Source: Octopus sinensis
Lineage: Eukaryota
Reading direction: 5' to 3'
NCBI RefSeq assembly: GCF_006345805.1
Contig: NC_043004.1
Span: forward strand, 105,710,001 to 105,774,000
DNA: 64,000 bases
The notes under the pieces are model-generated. The model was not told the origin of the DNA. It saw only the letters and a list, made by a program, of their open reading frames with translations, and searched no databases. Each line of letters begins with the position of its first letter. Within the stretch, counting starts at the first letter, position 1. Both the position numbers and the translations under genes were made by a program. Positions 36,209-50,375 of this stretch are shown one piece after another.

Positions 36209-37460
36209 ATTACAGCTTTGAAGGAATGGTAATTGAATGAGATTTAAATGTCTTAGTAGTTATACACAGAGAGCTGCTGCTCTTGTGATAGAATGGACAT
36301 TATTATCTCTTTACTGGTTAATTGGTTTCGCAATTATATCTTTTATCTTTTATTTGTCTCATTCATTATACTGCAGCCATACAGTGTCATTGCCTTGTAG
36401 AGTTTAGTTGAACAAATCAACCCCGATATAAACAAACCAACACCATTTGTGTGGGAGCAACACAAAAACCAAGAGATGCACACATATTTACATATCTACA
36501 TCAGGCTTCCACACAGTTTCTATCTACCAAATTCACTTACAAAGCACAGTAGAAGACACTTGCCCAAGGTGCTGTGTAGTGGTACTGAACTCAAAACCAC
36601 ATGGTTGCAAAACAAGCTTACCACACAGACATGCCTGTATCTATATTATGTTATTTATCTAAAAAGTGGTTTAGCCAGAGGTAGAAAGACAGCCCCCCAC
36701 AACTCTGAGAGTATTTGGTAGAAGAGAGAATGTTATTCTCAGACAAGATAAATTGCTTAAATGCTTACAACAAAGCGACCTTCACAAAAGGCGCTCAGTG
36801 GTATTGTTTAACTGAGCGACAGATTGAATCTACCACATAAGCTATCTTGGGTGACACCCTAGCACTTAAATCTCATCTTAATCTTACTTAGAAGCATCAT
36901 CAAACATTCCAAACACTTATTACTCACTCACACTTAAGCAGCTTCTTCCTTTATTCTCTGCTACCATTTCTTATCAACTTCTGCTCTCCTGGAATCTGGC
37001 ATACTTCCTCCTACTTAAAATAACCCAACTCACCCACTTCTGTTGTTTTTGTCATCTATATAAGATCTCATATTACATTACACATCCATCACCTCCTCTT
37101 AAACAAGTTTCTCTATGCTTTTCCTCAAGACAACTATATCCTTCAGTAACCCCATACTTGTTCACATCGGCATTTCAGACTAAGGAGAAATAACCACCAT
37201 CAACCTCCCATAATAGTAGTACCACCCTATCTATTCAGGAGAGACCCCATGGAGCCTTTGAGGCAGCTTCTGCTTTCTCTTTCTCCCCTCAGACTAATTA
37301 ATAAAATCTTTTTCCAGGTGTTGTATTTTTAAAAATAAACATTTTCATTAGACTCTCAATATATTTAAACTTCCTTCATTAAGCCTCTAAATGAGAAACA
37401 AAGTTTGATGTCTCTTTATTATTATTATTATTATTATTATTATATTATTATTATTATTAT

Positions 37461-38650
37461 ATGTTTGACTTTTGCTTTGTATTTGTACAAGTTGACTCGA
37501 AGTCTCATCCAGAGACCTCAAGAGACAAGTTAGAAGTTCAAGTTGGTGTTATGCCTAGGGTATTATGTATATCGTTTTGCACACAGTATTATTCTAGAGA
37601 ATGTTTAAGAAAATATTAAAAAAGTTTAACTTTGTTTTAAACTTTGAGATTACACAGACAGCATTTTACGTAGGATATAGGCAGTTCCCATGAGCACTAT
37701 CTTTTGAATTTCTGCCATTTTGGGGTTTCCTGGTATCTGAGTTATGTAGCAATCAGCTCCTTTTGCTATCATTCCTAGGGCACCTATGACAACAGGTATT
37801 GTTTTAGTCTTGAGGTTCCACATTTTGCCAATTTCTGTTTCAAGATCTTTATACTTGCTCAGTTTCTGGTGGGTCTTGACAGATACATTTATGTCGATTG
37901 GGACAGTCATATCAATGAGGAAGCATGGGATTTGTCTGAAGTCTTTCAATATAATGTCTGGCCTATTCGCATCTATCTTTCTGTCAGTTTGAATGGTGAA
38001 GTTCCATAGGAGTGAGATGTAATCATTTTCAAGCACTGGCAGTGGTTTGTGTTCCCACCAGTTTTTATCATGGGGTAGGTCCAGGTATTTGCAAATTACT
38101 CAGTGAATATACTGTGCTGCTCTAACATGCCTGTTGAGATACTTTGTAGGCACAAGAAGACTGCACATGGAGACAACATGATCAATGGTTTCATTTTGTT
38201 GTTTACATACACGACATGAGCTACTCCAGTTCTTTAATATGTTGGCCTGGTAGCTCCTTGTAGGTAGGCATTGATCTTGGGCTGCTATGATAAACCCTTC
38301 TGTTTCTGATTTTAAGCCAGAATACACTAACCATTGATGGGTAAGGGCTTTGTCAACATGGATATTATTAGCTCTTTTTGGGTATTTGCCATTGAGAGGT
38401 TTTTCTTGCCATTTATCAGTAAGAATATCAAAGGCAGCAATTTTAGCAGGTTTTCATACATTTAACTTTTTCTGTGCTTGTTTCCAGTACATCTAATTCT
38501 GGGATTTGTTGTATTTGGAATTCATTTAGATATTCCTTTGCCTGTTTTGTTACTGAGTAAGATGCTTTCTTGTTTTCATGCTTTAAGACAAGTTTTAACA
38601 TCCAGTCATCAGAGTTTTTCAGGTAGATGTTTAGGCCAATTGTGGCAATC
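37461..38650 (-). mobile_element. 5'-truncated R4/Dong-clade non-LTR element with CCHC and restriction-like endonuclease domains
   Basis: ETEGFIIAAQDQ, CRVC..ETIDHVVSMC..RH, LLWNFTIQTDRKIDANRPDII..LIDMTVP..KLSKYKDL..IPVVIGALG; (TAA)n on both flanks. Confidence 0.92.
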
Positions 38651-38727
38651 TTTATTGTTATCATTATTATAATTATTGTTGTTGTTATTATTATTATATT
38701 ATTATTATTATTATTATTATTATCATT

Positions 38728-38762
<35 letters not shown>

Positions 38763-40429
38763 TATTATTATTATTATTATTATTATTTTTATTTTTATTA
38801 TTATTAATATTTGTCATTGCAACAGGGCTTAGTCAAATAAAGGGATTAATTTTTTTGATGATCTTTTACATATATTTGAAGAGGTGGGCGTGGAGTGTTA
38901 CCATATGTTTGTAGAACCAGACTCCACTAAAAGTGCTGTTCTTCAATTCCCTTCCCAACCCCTTTATTCATTGGAAGGCTTTTCTAATTAATTTTACATT
39001 ACCCTAATTATTTTGGTCATTAGTCTAATTTACTCTAAGCATCTAAAATTCTCTGTGATATGGAAAAGTGTGTCAATGTTAATATGTATAAACTAATATG
39101 TATACAAACCCAATAAATGCTATCTTTTATCAAATATAGTAAATCTAAATGAATATTGTAAATTTAAAGTAAATAAAAAAAATTGCAACAGAACTTGACA
39201 TGTTGTAAGGTTAATAGTTTAGATTCAAGCTCCATTGGAGTTGATGATAACCTCAGAGAGATTTGTACTTAGAGTGCAGTGATTTGCATAAAATACAGAT
39301 TCATGATTTCTGAGGTAATTAGCTGGACTGGAAATGAAAAGGGACTTAAGTAACTAAATACCATGTGGTATTTTGATCAATATTTTACCATTTCTGCCAT
39401 TCCATCACACTTATTAAACAATGAGTTTATGAGGAATGCCTACATGTGACCACTCGACCTTCTGTATCTAGTGACCAGCTTTCATTGTGGTCCTAGTGAG
39501 GACATTGATTTCTCAGTGGCTAAATACATCAAGTTCAAAATGGTGTTGTTTATCCCCAGGTTAGCATTGATTTGAACAGATCTATGATCTTAATTTAGGT
39601 CATAATGTATCTAGGACTCCATTATCCTTTATAAAATAGAATGTAGTTTGATTTGAAAGACATTTGGTTGTTATTTCTAGCAAGTCGAATAACCATGTAG
39701 AGGCCTACAAGTGATATAATTAATTGCGAAGACAGTAGCAAAAATACAGTAGAATTAATCAGTATATGTTGCTAGCTTGTACAATTGACTCCCTTTTTCC
39801 CCTCTGGTGAGATTACCTGCAATAAGCTGAATTCTTATCTAGAAGAAAATTTCTCTCTTACGCACTTGAAATTTCAGAAAAACCATGTTGGCCCCTACTA
39901 TTGAGATCCTTGTGAATTAGAAAGAATTAACATTTTCGTTTATACTTAAATGTTATTTGGATTGTGTGTATACAAGGAGTGAGGTTCACATTGATTTTAT
40001 TCTATACTTTCTCCTTGATTTCATTGTTGCCCTCTATAAGTACTATTTCAGTTTCTCTTGAGATTTTCAAAAATGTTTTAGTTCACTGCTCACTCTTGTT
40101 GACTTTCAGTTCTATTGCAAAAGGTAACCACAAGGTAACTCCTTGCCACCTTTCATTCAAAGTTTCTGGTACCCCAAAATCAAACTACTCCCTAACTATT
40201 AGCAATGAGAAAGGACACATTTGGTTCACATAACACAGTTCCTAAAAACTAGGCTGGTCACAGCTGAAATGCTTTTGATCATGTTTTCTTATTATGGGCT
40301 GAGTTAGACAATAATAATTACCACACATCCATTAGAAATTGTAGGATTTATCAAAGTGCTTTCTCTACTTGATACAGCAGGTTGATTTAGCTGGTCAGTG
40401 CTCACACCAGCTTATACACATCATTGTCA

Positions 40430-40625
40430 TCATCATTATCATCATCGTCGTTGTCATCGTCATTATCATCATTTAGTGTCTAATTTCCATGCTGGCATGG
40501 GTTGGATGGTTTGACTGAAAACTGGTAAGCCAGAGAGCTGCACCAGGTTCCAGTCTGATTTGGCATGATTTCTACAACTAGATGCCCTTCCTAAAGCCAA
40601 CCACTCCAAGGGTGCTTTCTACATA
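40430..40625 (-). mobile_element. Family B (RTE 3' UTR)
   Basis: Diagnostic motifs. Confidence 0.8.
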
Positions 40626-41442
40626 GCCCCATGTCAACCTTGAATGAAAAAACCTACAAACAAAAGTCTTTTAACAAGAACATCTTTTTAAAAAAAGGTA
40701 TCAAAAAAGAAACCATTATTGAATGGTTCCTTCTTTTTTTTCAAGATAGTAAGGTATGATTTTCAGATTTGCCTGACATTTCTGTCAGGATCAGTAACTC
40801 TGTAGATGTTGCTTCATTATGAGTCATGCATTGTAGCTTGTGTTTGTATATATTAAATTGAGCAGTACAAGCTTTGTGGAGAAGTGTGATCAACCCATGA
40901 TTATATGTAAAAGAGAGAATTCTGAAATAGTCAAGTGACCAGAAATATGGAAAGATGCAATGAGAAGTGAATCTGATAAAGACTGTGAAGAAGGTGAAAA
41001 GTTCACAAGAAATAGAGATGGATATAAATATTGATATAAAAGATTAAAAGAAAGAGAGAGAGAGAGAGAAGGAATGAATGAGGTGTGCATGTAAGAACAA
41101 CAGTGAACTACACCTAAAATGACCCCCATTTTAACACGATACAAAAGACACTGGGAAATGCTTTTTGTCAGATAAAGAAATGTTAAGTAGTTCTATATGG
41201 AAATTACATATAATATAGCTGAGGTCAGTGAGCAAATAGTGAGACCGGATGAAATAATTTATCATTCCGGAACTAAGTTCTTTCTGAAGTGTCAGGAATA
41301 TTTGATGAGGCACAAGATTTGTGTTGGAGAGATGCAAAAGAATATAATCTCAACCATTCTTCATACAATTTATTGAGAGTAATTTTCTTTAAAAATCTAA
41401 ATATCTCCAATGAGTTTTCATAATAATAATTAATATTTGCAA

Positions 41443-42295
41443 GGAGGTGAACTGGCAGAATTGTTTCTGCCCCGGGAAAAATATTTAGTGGTATTTCATT
41501 CATCTTTACATTCTGAATCCAAATTCCACCGAGGTCGACTTTGCCTTTCATCTTTTCAGGATCAATAAAATAAGCACCAGTTGAGTGCTGGGGTTGATGA
41601 CATCAACTTATCCTCTCCCCCAAATTGCTGGCCTTGTGCCGAACTTTGAAACCATCATCATCATCATCATCATCATCACCATCACCATCATCATCATCAT
41701 CATCATCATCGTTGTTGTTGTTATTAAGGTGGCGAGCTGGCAGAAACGTTAGCACACCAGTTAAAATGCTTAGCAGCTTTTCGTCTGTCCTTGTGTCCTG
41801 AGTTCAAACTCTGCCGGAGTCAACTTTGCCTTTCATCTTTTCAGGGTCAATAAATTGAATACCATTGAGACACTGGGGGGGGGGGGGTCAATGTAATCAA
41901 CTCACCCACTCACCCAAAATTTCAGGTCTTGTTCCTTTAGTAGAAAGGATTATTATTAAATGAAAACTCACAGCTTATATTGCTGGGTATGATGGAAAGT
42001 ATCAGCTGTCCACAGCCAGCAGACTAATGTGACGCTTGTTTACTGGTCATTATTATTATTATTATTATTATCATTATTATTAAGGCAGTGAGCTGGCAGA
42101 ATCATTCGCATGCTGGGCAAAATGCTTAGCAGCATTTCATCCATCTTTACATTCTGAGTTCAAATTCTGCTGGGGTTGAATTTGCCTTTCATCCTTTAAG
42201 GGTCAATAAATTAAGTACCAGTGAAACACTAGGTTTGATGTGATCAACTAGTCCCCTTCCCCAAAATTTCAGGCCTTGTGCCTTTACTAGAAAGG

Positions 42296-42342
<47 letters not shown>

Positions 42343-42490
42343 GGCAGTGGAACGACGGAGTTGTAACTGTGCTGGACAGAATGCTTAACAGTATTTCTTC
42401 CAGCTGCTTGTATTCTGAGTTCCAAGTCCACCATGGTCGACTTTGACTTTTCATCCTTTCAGGGTTGATAAAAATGTACCAGCTGAGTCC
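41443..42490 (+). mobile_element. Cluster of four co-oriented family D SINEs (41443-41650, 41727-41960, 42083-42340, 42341-42490)
   Basis: Each has the head and central domain; separated mostly by (CAT)n/(ATT)n. Confidence 0.85.
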
Positions 42491-43647
42491 TGCACACACA
42501 CACACACACACACACAGAGGCACACACATTCACACTCACACATACATGCATATATATATATAAATATATATATATAAATCACACACACACACACACTCAT
42601 ATATGTTTATATACTGATATATTTACTCAAGTGTATAACACGTGTTAAATGTCAATTTTTGATAAATGGAAGATGAGTTATTTTTACTGTAATGTTTGGC
42701 TTTTGACTGAAATATTTATCAAATTCCAACATTTTCCTTGTGTGGTTTGCCCTCACCTCATATGTTAGCCATGACAAAATGTGATAGATGCAACATCTAT
42801 TTTCACTTTCTCCTCTCTCTATGTCCATAAATATAGATGCCTGAGTGACAAATATATATAGAGAGAGAGCTACAAATGGTCTGGACTAAAATATTTGAAT
42901 CTTGCACTAAGTCAGACAGCTGTTGTTATGTTTGGGATGGTTCTAGCTATCAACCGAGTCCATTGTAAAGATTAAGGACTGCCTAGCTGTGTTATGCTTT
43001 ACTTTCATTGGAAAAGGCATGTAGTTCCCATCTCTTTGGCAGCCAGCCACCAAGAAGAAGGTTGTAATGGTGACAAACTTGAAAGGACAAGGTAACATAC
43101 TTTCCTCTTCAATCAAGCTTTCTTCAACTTCACATTTCACTTGATAAAGAAAGCTGGAGTTGAAGTGGGGCTGTGCTGCTCTCTAACCAATTTTTCGAAA
43201 GTTTGATGGGAGAATGGTTTGCATGAATTCATTATTCTCAGTATATGCCTATAGGCCAGAGAACACAGATAGGAGAGAGCACTTATCTTTGGTAGTAAGA
43301 ATAATCTGAATCTGAAGAGGTTTTTGTTTGACCCCGCCAAGTGTCAGTCCCCATATTGGGACATCTTATGTCATTTCTTTTGTGAGCCAGTGAGCGTCTC
43401 TAAGCACTTGTTCAACTTGTGGAAAATAGCAACCAAGTTTCCGTCAGATTGTTGGCAAAAGTGGATATACCAGACAATATGGCTTTGGATATACTGTGTG
43501 AAAAAAGTGGGATGGTCACAGCTGGAATACTTTTGATCATAGACCTACTTAATCAGGAAAAGGTACATTTTGAGGTGGATAATGTTAATATTTATACTAT
43601 AATTTGATTGGACAGTACTCATGAATAGAGAAAAATTTTGATTTGCT

Positions 43648-44601
43648 GAGGACATGCGTAAGCTCGCAAGGAATGAAGCCAGTATGATCTGATGGATGTG
43701 TAATGTCCATGTGCATACTTGACAGAGTGTAAGTACCTTGAGAGAAAAGTTGAACCTAAGAAGCATCAGATGTGGTGTGCAAGAGAGACGACTGCGCTGG
43801 TATGGTCATGTAGCAAGAATGGATGTGGATAACTGTGTAAAAAAGTGCAACATCCTAGTGGTTAAGAGAACCTGTGGAAGAGGTAGACCCAGGAAGACCT
43901 GGGATGAAGTGGTGAAGCACAACCTTTGAACATTAGGCTTCACCAAGGCAATGACTAATGACTGAGACCTTTGGAAATATGCTGTGCTTGAGAGGACCCG
44001 GCAAGCCAAATAAGACCATAACCTTTTGGCCTATGCCAAGGGTGTAACCAACCCACTTATGCGTACTTTTCCTTCATTGGACACTAAACTCTGTTTGCAA
44101 AGACCTGTTGAGGCAAGTGATATTGAAATCGAAATCAAATTCGATGACTGCCATCCGTGCTAGTGGAGCGCTAAGAGCACCATCCAAGCATAATCGTTGC
44201 CAGTGTGGTTAACTGGCTTCCATGCCAGTGGCACGTAAAAAGCACCATTCGACTGTGATTGTTACCAGCGTCACCTTACTCGCACTTGTGCCTGTGGCAT
44301 GGGAAAAAAACATTCGAGTGAGGTTGTCGCCAGTGCCACTGGACTGGCTCCTGTGCAGATGGCATGTAAAAAACACCATTTGATCATGGCCATTGCCAGT
44401 ACTGCCTGACTGGCACGTAAAAGAACCCACTACACTCTCAGAGTGGTTGGCACTAGGAAGGGCATCCAGCTGTAGAAACTCTGCTAGATCAAGATTGGAG
44501 CCTGGTGCAGCCATCTGGTTTACCAGTCCTCAGTCAAATCGTCCAACCCATGCTAGCATGGAAAGCAGACATTAAAGGATTATGATGATGATGATGATGA
44601 T
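43648..44601 (+). mobile_element. RTE-clade LINE 3' end: ORF2 C-terminus (43648-44013) plus full 3' UTR and (GAT)n tail
   Basis: LARNEASM..WMCNV..LREKLNLRSIRCGVQERRLRWYGHVARM..GRGRPRKTWDEVVK; UTR end matches family B. Confidence 0.92.
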
Positions 44602-45684
44602 CCCTTTGCTATGTGGAGTACTAAACCCTTTGATACTTGAAGTTTGAATGTCTGAGGGAAGGTCACATAGCAGAGATGGTTAAGTACCAGACTAAAGAGT
44701 TTGTGATACTTTTTTATGCTTCTTGAGTTCAAATCTCACCAGGATCAACTTTACATATCATTTCCTCTGACTGCACTAAAATAAATACCAGTAATTTAGT
44801 AAGGATTACCCTATCAACTGGCATCACTTCCTTTCAATTTTTGTGGCCTTGGTACCATATTTAGAAATCAATATTGGAAATCTAATGTTTCAGTTCTTCT
44901 GTCTTGGTTGAAGACACTTAACTCTTCTCATTCCCATAACAGTCATTCCATTACAAAATTATGTAATCATCAATATCTAAGAGCCATATCATGTTTTTAT
45001 GGGATTTTTTTTAAAAACATTTTTCCTTCATTTTTTCCTCTTATATGATCTATTAATGCTTCCTTTTTCTTCCTTTATTCCATTTTTTCCCTTTTTTTTT
45101 TTCCATTACTTTTTTCTTTTTCTTTTCATATTTTTCATTCTTAGAATTTGTCAAAAATATTTCAGTTCACTTTCAGAAATATGTGTATATATATTTTTTT
45201 TATTACTATCATTTTTTAAAAATTCATATTGCCAATCAGTAACATTTCTTCCATAAAAGACCAGGGGATCATTGAATTCTACATGTAATATTCCAGAGGA
45301 AGAACCAATATGTCACATAATGTCATTGAAAGTTAGGTGAAATTGTCATCTTAGAGACTTTCAAATGATATCTCAAGTTTTAATGATAGTCTAAATTCAG
45401 GAAAATGTCACTATAAACTTCTTTGATGGAACTTGATAAAGAACTGGACAGGAATTTAAGAGATCCTTCAATGCATGGAGAAAGATTTTTAGCCTTTATT
45501 ACTGCATAAAATTGTTCATGTTTTTGACATTGCTGTTGTTGCTCTTGAAGTAGTTTCTGTTTTTCTGGTTACTGTTAGCCCCAAGTCAGTCCTGATCAGG
45601 CAGGCATTCCAGCCATGATTATCCCTTCTTTTGAAGTATATTCTTTATTTCTGATAATAGCATTCAATACATTGTTCTCTGTTA

Positions 45685-46020
45685 GATGCAGGCATGGCTG
45701 TGTAGTTAAGCAGCTCCCTTTGCAACTCTATTATAGCCTCAGGTCAGCCAATGACTTGTGAGTGAATATGGCAGACAGAAACTGTGTGAAACCCATCATT
45801 TATGTATATATGTGTATGTTTGCGTTTGGCCTCATCATTTAACAATTGACGTTGGTTTGTTTACAAACTCACAACTTTGCAATTCAGCAAAAGCATCTGA
45901 TAAAATAAGTACCAGAATTTAAAAAATTAATTACTGGGATTAATTCATACAATTGAGCCTTTTGAGGCAGTGCCTCAGCATGGCTGCTGTCCAATAAGAT
46001 AACAAGTAAAAGATAAAAGA
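45685..46020 (+). mobile_element. SINE family A, old copy
   Basis: Diverged head and tail. Confidence 0.7.
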
Positions 46021-46028
46021 AGGTTTAA

Positions 46029-46249
46029 CCCTTTAGCGTTCAAACCGGCCATATCCGGCCAAAATATTTAACCTGTTTTATATTGAAACTGACCAGAGCT
46101 CGCCTCTCACCTCAGCCCTACCATGTCATTCTAAAACTAAAAAAATCACATCACTGCAATCTCTAAACTACAAGATAATGCAGGATTAATTCAAAACAAT
46201 ATAAATAAACAAACATCACATTTGACAAAGTAATCTGAACACTAAAGGG
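46029..46249 (+). mobile_element. piggyBac-like MITE
   Basis: TTAA on both sides; TIRs ccctttagcgttca and tgaacactaaaggg. Confidence 0.85.
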
Positions 46250-46345
46250 TTAAAGACATCAAGTTATGATTTAAAAGATATTCAAGTGCTATTTCTAGCT
46301 GGTCATATAACCATGCAGAGAATCTCCTTTGTTATTGTAGCTATA

Positions 46346-46557
46346 TTACTCTTTTACTCTTTTACATGTTTCAGTCATTTGACTGTGGCCATACTGGAGC
46401 ACCGCCTTTAGTCAAGCAAATCAACCCCAGGACTTATTCTTTGTAAGCCAAGTACTTATTCTGTCGGCCCCTTTTGCCGAACCACTAAGTTACAGGGACG
46501 TAAACACACCAGCATCGGTTGTCAAGCAATGTTGGGGGGACAAACACAGACACACAA

Positions 46558-46594
<37 letters not shown>

Positions 46595-46770
46595 TATATA
46601 TATATTTACAACTATACGACGGGCTTCTTTCAGTTTCCATCTAACAAATCCACTCACAAGGCTTTGGTTAGCCCAAGGCTATAGTAGAAGACACTTGTCC
46701 AAGGTGCCATGCAGTGGGACTGAACCCGGAAACATGTGGTTCGTAAGCAAGCTACTTACCACACAGCAAC
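46346..46770 (-). mobile_element. SINE family A, full length
   Basis: Reverse complement of 24585-24990. Confidence 0.9.
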
Positions 46771-48343
46771 TTGTTGATATTGTTTTGACTGATGGTATTA
46801 GCATTAGTATCATTGTTGCTGTTTATACTAAACCTGATTAAACAGCAGACCATTTTAAAACTGTAGGGTGTTGACGATTTAATTTCATTGATTTTATCTG
46901 AGTGTTCTAGGGTGGCTACCACTTTACTGATTCTTGTTAGTTAAGACTGGATGTGCTGACAAAATTCAGATCCTTTGTTGCATCAACCTACGACAAATTC
47001 CAAAGACAAGTATGGCACTCCAAGCCACTTTGCAAACAAAAACAGTTCTGTGTGTCAACATCCTTGTTTTTCTCATTAACACAGATAAACCCAGGAACAA
47101 CAGAGTTAGTACAATATATAATATTATATTATACACGAGCCTGTGATCAGTCAGGTTGATAACCTGATAGACCCCAACTTAAAATTGATAACAAAGTAGG
47201 AATTAAGATATTTCAAAGACAAATAAAATATCAATCAATTCTCCACCAAAAAAAAAAAATGAAAATAGTATTATTATTATTAAACAAAAAATAATTATTA
47301 TTAAACAAAAAAATTAATACAAGAAAAATATTGTTAAGTAAGTCAAACAGTTAAAGATTTTAATCTAAAGCTGATTTTATTGCATAATTTGAATTTTATT
47401 CAGCCTAACAGTTTCTTTGCAAAACTAATGAATTGTTTATTTAGTATCTTTATACATCAGGCTGGGTGAGACAATTTTTATCAGAAGGGATGTGAGTGCA
47501 TGGCACTGACAAGTCACAAAAATAGCAAAATGTGTATCTGTCACTCTCACAGATGCTTCCAGGGCAATTTTAGATTGTCTAGTTCTGAAGAATACTGACT
47601 TTTTAAACACAATATGTCTGTAAAAGGATCTTTTCCCTGATGACCACTGCAGCTACAGGTTTTTCTATATGACATATGCTAAATATATCATATAGATAAA
47701 AAAATTTAACTTTATTACCATTACTTTTAATAGAATTACAGCACACTCATACACTGAACCCCATTCTACTAACCCTCAACAAAATTTAAAAACTTAATAA
47801 TTTATTAAAAAATAATAATAATAATTATAATATATCCTCACACCCCTTATATCAACCTTCAATGTCATATCAAACTTTATATCAGACTTTAATCTCATAA
47901 ATCTAAAGAACATATAACAATATAGATGATCAAAATCTTAAATCTCACCTCCATTTTCTATTTAAAAACAAAACAAAATGAAAAACCTTGTTAGCATTCC
48001 TGTTATTTATAAACACTTAATTTCCTAATGAAATCATTAATCATGATAACTAATTCTACAGGTTAAAAAAAAAGCAATCTGGGATCTGCTATGTTAACAT
48101 TTTGTTAGCACCACATCAGCTCAGACTGAACAGTCCTATGGTATTGCAGGTTGTTTGATGGACATCTGAGTGTGTCCCAAGCTTCTCTTACATCTGAGTG
48201 TGCCCCAAGTTTCTCTTGTTTAAATTATACCATTTTTTCTATGAGCTGAGAATTCTATTGTATTGTCTGACATGGAATGAGGGACCATAAAAGAGCACAA
48301 TGTGACAATCTGGGCATATTGCTCATTGTCTAGTCTATTTCTG

Positions 48344-48506
48344 TATGAGGGAGTGCTGAAAAGTGCCTGGCTTTGGGTAAAAACATATACAGGAGGATCA
48401 GTTAATTATGATCGTATTCAACATATCCCTGTCTCAGAAGGTTGGGCCTTGAATGAGGCTTTTCATGATACCCTTAAAGCCAGGAACTTTTGAGCACCCC
48501 CTCATA
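48344..48506. mobile_element. Mariner-like MITE (~160 bp)
   Basis: TA TSD; ~29-bp TIRs tgagggagtgctgaaaagtgcctggcttt and aaagccaggaacttttgagcaccccctca. Confidence 0.85.
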
Positions 48507-50050
48507 AATCCTAGAGATTCTAGTAGAGGACACACAATAGAGATACACAACTGGGTTAAAATGTGACAATTTCTGCTCCTTTTCAATTGTTATTAGATAT
48601 TGCTGCTACTCCTGTTGTTGTTGTTGTTGTTGCTGTTGCTGTTGTTTATTCCTCCTCCTCTCCATGTCCATGTTAGTCCTGATCAAGAAAAGTTATCACT
48701 AAAATACATTTCGCCCATGACCATTCCATCTAGGGCTACATTATCCAGTCCATCCTTCTTATGATCTGACACAAGTTTGGCTCCTATCTCCAGCAAGTTG
48801 AGTAACCCTGCAGATGCTCCATCATTGAGCTGAAGAACCTATGTTGCATTTCCTGCTAGCAACATAGCAGCGAAATCCCTTAACGAAACCCTCCGTTGTC
48901 CTTAACATGGAACTGAACAAGTTTGAAAGTTTCCAAACTGCTCTGAACTGAATACCATCCATACTTCCCCGTCATTCTTCCATCTCTGGCACCCGTCTCA
49001 TCCTTCTCCTATACTCTTCCCCCCCTTCACTTTCTCTTTCTTCTTTTTTCTCGGTTAATGAGTAACATCAAATGGCATCATAGAAAATGAAGTCTTTGAC
49101 ATTTATAAGTCAAATAAATAGTGAAGTTTATACATGAAAACATCATTTATTTTACATTCAAGCTTTCAAACAAACAAAAAAATAACAAAACAAAGCAAAG
49201 AACAGGCAACCACAAAAGAAACAATTAAAGAACTAAAAAAAAAAATCAGCAAAAATTGAACAAAATCAATCCATCTATTCAATATTCCTTTTTGTTCTTG
49301 ATGTTGCTGTAGTTGTTGCTGTTGCCTCTAGAACTATGAAACAACAGGAGGTAAATTTTCTTTAATGACCATTTACCATATATATGTACTTGCATACACA
49401 CACACACATTCGTGTATGTGTGTATGTATAAGGCAATGGATTGGCAGACTCATTAGCTAAAATGCTCTTCTGGCTTTTTTTGTGTTTTAAGTACAAATTC
49501 AGCAGAAAGGTCGTCTTTGCCTCTCACTCTCAAGACATCAATGAATAAAAATTCAATACTGGTATTACCTCCCCCCTCCTCTTCCTCTGATAACAGTGCC
49601 CTTATAACTCTGTGCGGATTTGAGGGCCCAAGGAAAGACATGTATGTATATGTCTGAACAAGCATACACCTGCACATATACTTACAACAGAGATAAGCAC
49701 CAGGCTGGTATCTTTTGTGGTATAACTCATCTGATGGGAAATCTGCAGTATGGAGGCACAACTGAAAGTTGACAGCCAAAGCCAAAGGGAAGACAATTGT
49801 TTACCTTCATGGTTTTTGGAGACTGCAAGATGATGACATGGCCGGAACTTGAGAGCCAATGGCAAAGGGAGATAATCACCCATTGTTTATGAGGCATTTC
49901 CCTCTCCATATTTCATAGAGGTCTTAGGCCAGTAGGTTTTGTGGTTTCATGATATGTCGTAAGGCGAAACTCCTTATGGACGAGAAACCCAGGGTAACCC
50001 CATAAACCAGCCTCCCCCATTATAATATATATATGAATATATATATATAG

Positions 50051-50092
<42 letters not shown>

Positions 50093-50094
50093 GT

Positions 50095-50375
50095 TGCTGG
50101 ACTGGCTCCTGTGCTGGTGGCACGTAAAAAACACCATTTCAGTGTGGCCATTGCCAGTACTGCCTGACTAGCCCTCGTGCCAATGGCACGTAAAAGCACC
50201 CACTACACTCTCAGAGTGGTTGGCGTTAGGAAGGGCATCCAGGTGTAGAAACTGCCAGATAAAGATTGGAGCCTGGTGCAGCCATCTGGCTCGCCAGCCC
50301 TCAGTCAAATCATCCAACCCATGCTAGCATGGACAGCGGACGTTAAATGATGATGATTATGATGATGATGATTTA
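50095..50375 (+). mobile_element. Family B (RTE 3' UTR), sense orientation
   Basis: Matches 44340-44600; (GAT)n tail. Confidence 0.9.

Noticed and set aside
42930-43500. Possible L1/Tx1 endonuclease remnant or host exon
   Set aside because: Only vague motif resemblance (DGRMV, SVYAY) with multiple stops; cannot be supported without a profile search.
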